Of a stretch of DNA of 64,000 nucleotides, positions 57,301 to 64,000 are shown piece after piece. The stretch spans positions 32,001 to 96,000 of the IMG/VR virus record IMGVR_UViG_3300013121_000004. One strand, written 5' to 3'. The DNA comes from a virus (taxonomy: Duplodnaviria > Caudoviricetes). The notes below the pieces were generated by a model that saw only the letters and a program-made list of their open reading frames with translations, had not been told where the DNA came from and ran no database searches. How positions within the stretch are numbered: the first letter of the stretch is position 1; the number at the start of each line of letters is the position of its first letter. The position numbers were made by a program, and so were the translations under genes.

Positions 57301-58161
57301 AACGCTACTGTCGTATATGACAGCGGATCTGTAAGTTCTTCTGGCACATCGGCGTCTATCCCGACAGGATATTTGCTCAACGGTAACGTGTACACTGTAA
57401 TCGTTACAGTGACAGACACATTTAACTTGGTGAGCAACTCCACTCCAGTTAACATCATCACTATCTGGACTCCGCCTTCCGCTATCGGGTCTATCACAGC
57501 AACAGGTGATGCTACAACAGCATCTGTCCTGCTGGAGTGGGAGCGGTCTGCTCTTACTGCATCCGTATTCGTAAGATACGAGATATACAGACAAATAGGC
57601 ACAGACGACGAGGTTATTATAGCTCAAATTAATGACATCGAAACCTTATCTTGGACAGACTACTTCATCGCGTCTGGTAAAGAAATCACATACAGAATTA
57701 TTCAGTACGAACTTGTTGGTATCGAGGCCGTACCTAGCACTAACGTGTACGACAACGTAACTGTTACATTCAGGGATATGTGGCTAACAGACACCAGCGA
57801 TACTAGTGTCCGTGTACGACTAAGAGACAATCCGTCAAAATCGTTCAACACCAAGAGGCAGGAAGAGAGTAAGTTATATTGGGGAGCAAGAGCGCCTGTC
57901 CGTCACATAGGTCAGCACTTTTATCAGGAGTTCAGTATATCCTTCATGGTATTTGGGCCTAACGGTATAGACGGTGATGAAGATGATACGTACATTATCG
58001 ATTATCTAACAACTATGCTGAGAAATAAGGCGGTTGTCCATTACATGGATGGGAGAGGAAGAACCATGTTTGCTAACTTTACAATGTCAGTAGAGGATCA
58101 ACTACCTGATAACTATCAAGTGTCTCTATCTCTTGAAGAGACTACGTACTCGGAAGTGTAA
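54328..58161 (+). CDS. distal tail (Dit-position) protein with many Ig/FN3-like repeats and a lectin-like insert
   Basis: Repeated Y.W..(K/R)..D..G..(S/G).WS modules; Dit-like C-terminus ending Y.DGRGR...LEE; directly after the tape measure. Confidence 0.7.
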   Translation: MPVPNGPSVLAPNANAHYAVGSAIQWLITPQHPDGTNVTGYEFQLSESGGTVEWYIHTVTGVNLSSGNNIYFIGTLSEPLPTGISLEVRARTRNAEGWGLWGSGTSIVVTNTAPTFVTGTAAPQGTVNVVGATVTPTFSITVNDTEGDPIKYYEAIVENDGGAAYYWISPLVSIDIAAGSVLTFQGPSNMPNDASYKWKIRAWDAAMRTTVSPSYTSYINFSLVNILSSNTAPTLTSTGGPSGTVAATTNDYYNFTCTSVWTDAEGHSIAAYQLQIENTSDSTTVLDTGKVPTSVASGATLSVTGPALSVGSNYRWRIKVWDVYDAESSWSSYTDFTPAVTSATNLPPTATAITPSGATTSPVSFVGGFSDLGGTLNTFSQYQLRIYEDSTLVWTSPLYNTTATERSAKQFSRLYAGPALSSGSTYYWQCKVWDNGGLGSAWSTLVPFSIQVAPNAPVSLAPSGVTTTLSFSFTGGFSTSGAGTLAYTQIVVKNVSNVVIWDSGAVASSGSTFSIPYAGPALSAGQQITWIARNKDSNGLWGPYSGATSVVYQSTPDVPINLFPASSNVAAYPSTRPVFGGDNSHPSSVGMNAAQIVVYTEDEATQLWDSGIVAQTGTRFKIGYAGTALSDGQVIKWKARTRSSDTNYWGPYTELQTLRINKAPEAIVNPSPNGANISTLTPTLTWTAKVGEATVETSAIANGRRPTFTILNIVDQQTLADVVGYPDNTSAVWDDFSALSGWTTEAGTWAVSAGRLYCSAGADNARLYKDSLISDGLIGCLMKYDSSGSAGSGTVGPGAGIYFRRSDASNYWVVSIAGGTLYLSSNVAGTFTTVASADVDVVHGYDCHISVTLSGQDINVYFNGVEKIDYTDATNFNTTETEHGIFASQSTSSTFDNFFVASSTAGASAYVVGGGDLSSEKSYTWVARIFDGYVLGAYNAPSTFTTVSAPSVAITSHAEGDTIASPNPTITWSYTGYGGRTQTTYRIRILNNATVVYDSGSVSSSGTSASIPTGYLLNGNVYTVIVTVTDTFNLVSNSTPVNIITIWTPPSAIGSITATGDATTASVLLEWERSALTASVFVRYEIYRQIGTDDEVIIAQINDIETLSWTDYFIASGKEITYRIIQYELVGIEAVPSTNVYDNVTVTFRDMWLTDTSDTSVRVRLRDNPSKSFNTKRQEESKLYWGARAPVRHIGQHFYQEFSISFMVFGPNGIDGDEDDTYIIDYLTTMLRNKAVVHYMDGRGRTMFANFTMSVEDQLPDNYQVSLSLEETTYSEV

Positions 58162-58163
58162 TC

Positions 58164-58703
58164 ATGCCGTACTTGAAGCTGTTTTCGTGGCACGGAGCGT
58201 CAGGCTCTGAATATGGTATAGACGTTACCGGGTTTCCGTTTATGTTTATTCAAGAAGACATCGATTATGACAATCTCCAGACAAACAATTACTTAGAGAT
58301 ACCAGAAGAATATGATGAATTCACATATAGTTACGTAAAGAACTTCAGAATAAAACTAACAACCGCCATACCAGTAGGTAATCTCCTGTTGGACGGAGCC
58401 GGTGTATGGTTCCCTCCTAGAGACTCTAGTTGGATCGGCGTAGACGTATTCGCACAAATTACAGCGTCTTACGTAGATCCTGTAGCCAATGGCACAGCCC
58501 CTTTGAATGGTTTCGTAAATAACGTAGGGCTGTATAATAGTAATACATCCCTGTTGAGCATGAACGTTGGTACATTAGATAACACCGACACTATCGGATA
58601 CTACGGGGATTGGCTGCAAGTGCAGATCAGGGTAGGGAAACGAGCAAATCCACGATTAACTAACCCAATGTCAATCGTGCTAAATTTCGACGTATTGGAG
58701 TAA
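58164..58703 (+). CDS. minor tail protein
   Basis: Position. Confidence 0.55.
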   Translation: MPYLKLFSWHGASGSEYGIDVTGFPFMFIQEDIDYDNLQTNNYLEIPEEYDEFTYSYVKNFRIKLTTAIPVGNLLLDGAGVWFPPRDSSWIGVDVFAQITASYVDPVANGTAPLNGFVNNVGLYNSNTSLLSMNVGTLDNTDTIGYYGDWLQVQIRVGKRANPRLTNPMSIVLNFDVLE

Positions 58704-58706
58704 CGT

Positions 58707-61700
58707 ATGGCAGTACCTTCTGGCATTATCGTAATGTGGCCGGGAACGAACGCGTCCATCCCGTCTGGATGGACTCGGGTAACTGCGCTCGATAGTAAGT
58801 TCCCTAAAGGTGCTGCTGCGGCCACCGAGGCTGGTAGCACAGGCGGCGCGTTAACTCACTCACATACAGATGCCAGCCACACTCACCCTATCGGATCACA
58901 TACTCACGGCACATATAACTCTGGTAATGCCTCTGGGGCTAAGCAAGAGATTTATACTACAACTGTCAGTTCCACAGCCGCTACCAGTTCGCATTATCAT
59001 GTACTTACTCCTGCATCTGGCAGTGGAACGTCTGGTGCGTCGGCTAACCAATCTACGTCTAGTAACCTTCCATCCTATTCTACAGTAATCTACATTCAGT
59101 CTAATGGTACAACAGATATTCCAGTAGATGCAGTAGCTTTCACTGACGATACAGTAGCGCCGAGTGGGTATAGAAAAGCCGATGGCACGGGCGGAGCGCC
59201 ATCATATAATGGTATTTATTTTTATGGCGCTGCTACTGCCGCTAACGCAGGGAGCACAGGCGGTGCGTTAACCACGCACACACATACACATGATCATAGT
59301 GTTGGTACTCACACACATACGTTAACAACACCTACAGGCAGCCCGTCTGCTTCTTTAGACATATGGCCTAGTGGAACCCCATCTGCGTCTGCTACGCACG
59401 GACATACTGTGTCAGGCGCATCAGCTAACGCATCTGCTACAAGCACAGGGACAGCCACATCCTCTACTGGCACTATAGAGCCAGCATATAGGACTCTTCT
59501 GCCTATCCAAGCTACCTCCAGTAGCACAACGCCACCGAATATTGTTGTTCTATGGATTGGGCTTATAGCAGACATTCCCACAGGGTGGGTTCTGTGTGAC
59601 GGTACTAATGGCACACCGGATCTGCGTGGAAAGTATATCAAAGGCTACACTGCTGGGGCGCACACTACTGGCGGCAATAACACACACTCTCACACGTACA
59701 CGAATCACACCCACACTGCTACCCACTCGCATGGCGCTGGCACGCTAGCTCTCGCCGCTATAAACGATAGAGGATTCTTGGCTGGCACTTCTGGTTCGTT
59801 TGTTCCTGCCAATAACCATAATCACACTATAGGGTCTTTACCTTCTGTTAGTGCTACTGCTACAGCTGCTTCTCCTACAGTATCGACAGACTCTAACGAG
59901 CCACCGTACTATACAGTGCAGTACATTATGAGCGCGGCACAAGTAGTAAACATTGATGAGTATGATGCGTCTAGTGTGCCTAACGATGTAACAGTAACTA
60001 CTGGCCCCGTAACTGTAAGTGTTAATGAATATGATGCGTCTAGTACTCCGCCAAATGTTGAAAACGTATTCTACGGAACGGTGAATACTCACACCGTATC
60101 TATTTCAGGCACTACATACTTGTATCCAAACGATGCATTAATAGATAGACTCCTATCTGGCGATTTTGGCAACGTAGTATACGAGTTCAAACTGTACAAA
60201 ACTAACGAGCATCTTGTGAGACTAGAGGACATCTCAGATAAACTAGTGGCTAATTCTGGCTCAATATCAGCTGAGCGTGGATATATGGTTGGCCGTACGG
60301 GGCAGATAGAACTTAAAGATTTAGACGGTATTGACCTAGAGAATCATAGATTCGAAATTGTTATAGAATATGACTTCAACGGCATTCCTCTAGAGTTCAA
60401 ACAGGGATACTTCGTCGGTAACGTGCCAACATACGGATACTCCAATATTGACACAAATATAGCCTTAACACTAGCGGATATATCCAGCTTACTGACGAAG
60501 CCTATCTCGCATCCTGTTATCATACAGGCTAATACTAATTATACTGAGGCGCTGAGAACTGTAGCTAGTATTGCGCATTTTTATAAAGTAGCGTTCCCTG
60601 CCACTGATCTAGTTACACCAAATGATTTTATTTGGAATCCGGGTACACTTTGGGCCACTGTTCTGGAAGACCTTGCTCTAGGGGCTAACATGCTTCCTCC
60701 TTGGGTGTGTAAATACGGATTTCTGCAAACTAGAAGCAGAACTTCTCTTGATGAGAGGGCGCCTGACGTTGTGTACACGTCTGACGTTGACGAGGTAGCG
60801 GGCTCTCAGATACTTATACCTCCATTTAACACCACAATTAATCAAGCAGACCTAGTTAATGAGATAGTTATTCAGGTAAACGACCCTCTAAGAGACCCAT
60901 TCTGGTCTACGTACTATATTGAGAATCCAGAGTCTCCTGTAGCTATCAAACCCCGTAAAGGCATCGGTAACTTCACTAAGTACTCATATCTAACAGGCGA
61001 GCGCGAAGGAGAGTACACGCCAGCGCAATTCAAAGTCACACCCGCTAACGTACAGGCAATTCAGCCGCATTACTTTAGTGATACATATAACCTTACAAAC
61101 ACCATGACTATTGCTGCTTGGGTTAGGTTGTTTCCTAATGATACTAGACCTAGGAGAGAGTTTATATGTGGTTGGTGGGACGAAGGCGAGGAGTACGTCG
61201 CGCTAGCTATAGGCAACGAAGGATACGATGGTGAAATAGAGCTTGTACTGTTGTGGAATAACCCTACGCTAGGGGTATATGAGGCTGCGTTCGTTGTCCC
61301 AAGTATACCAGCAGATGGCGATACATGTTTGCTGGCTATTACATTATCTGATGGCGGAGTTGTATCTGACAATCTATTACGAAACTCCAACTGGGATGGC
61401 GGCAGTTTATCATACTGGGTTAATAGCTCTCCAGCTAGTAACGTAGTAACAATTACCGATCTCGCTCCTTCCCCTAACGAACTAGAGGTGTTCTTTACTG
61501 ATCCGGGTACGTCATTTAGCCAAGAATTTTCCATAGAAGATAGCTCTTCTCATCCAGATAGTAGATACAGGTACTTCATTGATTTTGAATATAAGATAAC
61601 AGTAGCTGGAGGTGGAGTTGGAAATATAGCTTATCAGCTTTATAACGAAACAACCGAATCTTGGGGGTCTGTTACAAACATCGTTTCGTCTGCTGTAACC

Positions 61701-63251
61701 GTAGGTACTTGGACTAGTAAACGGGCCGCTATACATAGCGTATTAATAGGCTCAAACATAACAAAAGCTAGATTAATTCTCTACGGAACAGAGCCGACAT
61801 CTGGTAATAGTTCAGTGTTTCTTCGAAGCGTTACATTCAAGAAAGCATTAGTAGGTAACTATTACATGACTGTGTACAATAGGGAGGGGACACAACTAGG
61901 CGCTTCTGCGTTGCTACTAGCTGACACAAATGACTATACGTCTGATTACGCGCTAACAGGTATTACCTCTAACTCTGTATTTAAGGTAGGATACGCAAAT
62001 GGGGATGTAGTGCCATCCGTTGGGCCTAAATTAGCTCCCCTTTCCATAGGTGTAAACGATATCTCTGTATTCTATTCCTATTTATACCCAGATGATCTAG
62101 AGCCTTTAGCAAAAGGCGTATGGCCTACTAACATACCATTTGCAGCTATGTTCTACGATATGGATGACCCTCAGGGGAGTCCTGTAAATGACCACTCAGC
62201 TAGAGGGTTCACACTGTACCCATCTGCCACGAATGGACAATATGATGTGGACTCGTACATTGTAGACATGCTGCCTTGGGTGTATCTGCCTTTTGACGAT
62301 GCCGCTGCGGCTACTACTGCTTTAAGCGGTATAGGCGGAGTAAAGGGGACGTATGTCGGCTCTCCCACTTTAGAGAATGCGTCTATTATAAGTAATAATA
62401 CGTCTACATGTGTTAGATTAGACGGGTCTACGCAATACGTTACTGTTGAAGACAATGCGCGCATACGCGCGAACGACACGTTCTCTACGGTGCTATTCTT
62501 CAAGCCTGATGTGCTAAGAGTGCAGGGATTAATTGACAAAGGCAATGGAGTTACTAATGCTTGGCGCATATTTATGCACGATACAGCAGGAAGCATAACG
62601 TTTGACGTAGACGGAGGAGGAACATACGCTATTCAAGGAAACGTAGAAACTACTACTGGCGGGCTTAATATGGTGGCCGTTACTTACGATTACCAGACGA
62701 CTACAGCTAGGTTGTATGTTAATGGTGTGCTAGAAGGAGAGATAACTGTACCGACGTGTCATGCAGCTTCAGCTGGTGCTTTAGAGTTGGCCCCATCTCA
62801 CACCAACCGATTCGACGGCTACATGCAGCATTTTGCTTACTGGAATGGTGTAGCTCTGACAGCAGAACAAATTGAAGAACTGTGGATGTACGCTACTAAC
62901 GCTGAAGTAGTTACACATGACGGTTTACTGTATGAAGTAGACGTAAACGATGGTGCAGATAGGTTTACAGCTACACCGTTCGTAATCAACATTCCTAGAA
63001 TGGAAAGTCAAGCACAAGCAGATCTTGCTGCTGCTTACTTTGCTGAAGAGTACGCTTCCCAGTACATGCGAGGCGAAATTAATATCGGTATTGACCCTAG
63101 GAGATGCATCAACGAGATGGCTTACTTGTACATTAAAGACGCGGATGGGAATATAGTGACTGACGGGAAATGGCTGATTGAAAGCTGGACTATGCCACTA
63201 CAGGTTGGCGGTGAAATGAGTATGGTATTTAGTAGATTGGAGAAATTCTAA
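58707..63251 (+). CDS. tail hub (Tal-position) protein fused to N-terminal collar-like His-rich repeats, with LamG-like inserts
   Basis: IP.GW..CDG.NGTPDLRG collar motif; HxH repeats; TIAAWV and VAVTYD...LYVNG LamG motifs. Confidence 0.7.
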   Translation: MAVPSGIIVMWPGTNASIPSGWTRVTALDSKFPKGAAAATEAGSTGGALTHSHTDASHTHPIGSHTHGTYNSGNASGAKQEIYTTTVSSTAATSSHYHVLTPASGSGTSGASANQSTSSNLPSYSTVIYIQSNGTTDIPVDAVAFTDDTVAPSGYRKADGTGGAPSYNGIYFYGAATAANAGSTGGALTTHTHTHDHSVGTHTHTLTTPTGSPSASLDIWPSGTPSASATHGHTVSGASANASATSTGTATSSTGTIEPAYRTLLPIQATSSSTTPPNIVVLWIGLIADIPTGWVLCDGTNGTPDLRGKYIKGYTAGAHTTGGNNTHSHTYTNHTHTATHSHGAGTLALAAINDRGFLAGTSGSFVPANNHNHTIGSLPSVSATATAASPTVSTDSNEPPYYTVQYIMSAAQVVNIDEYDASSVPNDVTVTTGPVTVSVNEYDASSTPPNVENVFYGTVNTHTVSISGTTYLYPNDALIDRLLSGDFGNVVYEFKLYKTNEHLVRLEDISDKLVANSGSISAERGYMVGRTGQIELKDLDGIDLENHRFEIVIEYDFNGIPLEFKQGYFVGNVPTYGYSNIDTNIALTLADISSLLTKPISHPVIIQANTNYTEALRTVASIAHFYKVAFPATDLVTPNDFIWNPGTLWATVLEDLALGANMLPPWVCKYGFLQTRSRTSLDERAPDVVYTSDVDEVAGSQILIPPFNTTINQADLVNEIVIQVNDPLRDPFWSTYYIENPESPVAIKPRKGIGNFTKYSYLTGEREGEYTPAQFKVTPANVQAIQPHYFSDTYNLTNTMTIAAWVRLFPNDTRPRREFICGWWDEGEEYVALAIGNEGYDGEIELVLLWNNPTLGVYEAAFVVPSIPADGDTCLLAITLSDGGVVSDNLLRNSNWDGGSLSYWVNSSPASNVVTITDLAPSPNELEVFFTDPGTSFSQEFSIEDSSSHPDSRYRYFIDFEYKITVAGGGVGNIAYQLYNETTESWGSVTNIVSSAVTVGTWTSKRAAIHSVLIGSNITKARLILYGTEPTSGNSSVFLRSVTFKKALVGNYYMTVYNREGTQLGASALLLADTNDYTSDYALTGITSNSVFKVGYANGDVVPSVGPKLAPLSIGVNDISVFYSYLYPDDLEPLAKGVWPTNIPFAAMFYDMDDPQGSPVNDHSARGFTLYPSATNGQYDVDSYIVDMLPWVYLPFDDAAAATTALSGIGGVKGTYVGSPTLENASIISNNTSTCVRLDGSTQYVTVEDNARIRANDTFSTVLFFKPDVLRVQGLIDKGNGVTNAWRIFMHDTAGSITFDVDGGGTYAIQGNVETTTGGLNMVAVTYDYQTTTARLYVNGVLEGEITVPTCHAASAGALELAPSHTNRFDGYMQHFAYWNGVALTAEQIEELWMYATNAEVVTHDGLLYEVDVNDGADRFTATPFVINIPRMESQAQADLAAAYFAEEYASQYMRGEINIGIDPRRCINEMAYLYIKDADGNIVTDGKWLIESWTMPLQVGGEMSMVFSRLEKF

Positions 63252-64000
63252 TGAGCATTAATAAAGTTGCCAAAGACATGTTGTCTCATATAGAGAGTCA
63301 ATCTGAAGTATGGGCTAAAACTCAAGTACCAGCTACTTGGAATATACGAGGAATAATAACGGACATAGACTCTACAGGCTCTCTTGCGAAAGTACAAAGA
63401 GTCGGGCAAGACTATGCTGATCCGTCTTTCTACCCTACTCTGTACCCGTACTTCCCTAGGGTTGGGGATAATGTGCTTTGTGGCGTATTGTCAGAAGGCA
63501 TTATTGTATTAGGTAAAATAAACAACCATGCGTCTACTGAAGTGGGGTCTACCATGGACACGAATAAGAACAACGTTCTACTAAGAGAGCTAGAACTAAA
63601 AGACCCTGCCGTAGAGGCACAAACATACTCTGCGGTATCTGCTAACTGGGTAACTAACAAGACAAGAGTACGTCCACATATTCTTTATTTGGATAATAGT
63701 ACAACAGTGCACACTGACCCTACAGCATGGACTAGTATTTATAATTACTCAGTCCCAGCTGGGACAGTAGTACAGAATGAAATACTACACGTTTACGCTG
63801 TTATGTTCTTTTACACTACTGGTGCTGCGCGTGCTATAGGGTTTAGGGTAACCTTTGGCGGAGATGTTATGTACTCTACGTTAACATCCGAAACCTTTAA
63901 CCATACTAACAGACTTATATTAGTACTGGATGCGTACATATCAATATCATCCTCTACGATTGCTAGCTTATACGGCACTATGTATCTTGGGTCGGCTACT
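63251..64000 (+). CDS. tail tip/fiber protein with N-terminal OB-fold-like segment, truncated by window edge
   Basis: TAATG coupling at 63251; Y.P.VGD.VL...IIVLGKI; frame appears open to the edge. Confidence 0.6.
   Translation, partial: MSINKVAKDMLSHIESQSEVWAKTQVPATWNIRGIITDIDSTGSLAKVQRVGQDYADPSFYPTLYPYFPRVGDNVLCGVLSEGIIVLGKINNHASTEVGSTMDTNKNNVLLRELELKDPAVEAQTYSAVSANWVTNKTRVRPHILYLDNSTTVHTDPTAWTSIYNYSVPAGTVVQNEILHVYAVMFFYTTGAARAIGFRVTFGGDVMYSTLTSETFNHTNRLILVLDAYISISSSTIASLYGTMYLGSAT

Noticed and set aside
1-64000. Stop-codon reassignment
   Set aside because: Long genes are intact under the standard code, and TAA, TAG and TGA all end genes at tight junctions.

Overview
This 64-kb window is part of a tailed dsDNA phage genome with a siphovirus-type layout. 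The host is probably a monoderm with peptidoglycan, inferred from a GH25 endolysin, an M23 domain on the tape measure and no recognisable spanins. Positions 1-27.9 kb are a dense minus-strand accessory/early arm. It carries two tandem amidoligases with a class-II glutamine amidotransferase, a zinc deaminase, and an RNA/tRNA-repair-like set (HAD 3'-phosphatase, RlaP-like nucleotidyltransferase, Rnl2-like ligase, CCA-adding-class enzyme, HD hydrolase, tRNA-Arg(TCT), tRNA(CAT)). It also has SPFH-like, Fic and repeat proteins, and a visibly GC-richer block at about 23.1-28.6 kb. Positions 27.87-28.9 kb are non-coding: about 700 bp of dense hairpins with a possible pseudoknot and six copies of a 12-bp motif, then a GTAT-rich tract and a terminator, possibly near the physical genome end. 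After divergent promoters at 30.35-30.41 kb, the plus strand encodes a Dam-like methylase, a lysis cassette, a GT4 glycosyltransferase, portal, Com-like zinc finger, protease, scaffold, capsid, neck and tail genes, a -1 frameshifted chaperone, a 2216-aa tape measure and large Dit/hub proteins. No terminase, integrase or replication gene was recognised. The most unusual signals are the structured repeat-bearing non-coding block, several genes that appear to start at non-canonical codons (ATT/ATA/ACG), mostly behind good Shine-Dalgarno sites, and the tRNA-repair and amidoligase modules. All calls come from motif reading by eye; no database searches were run.
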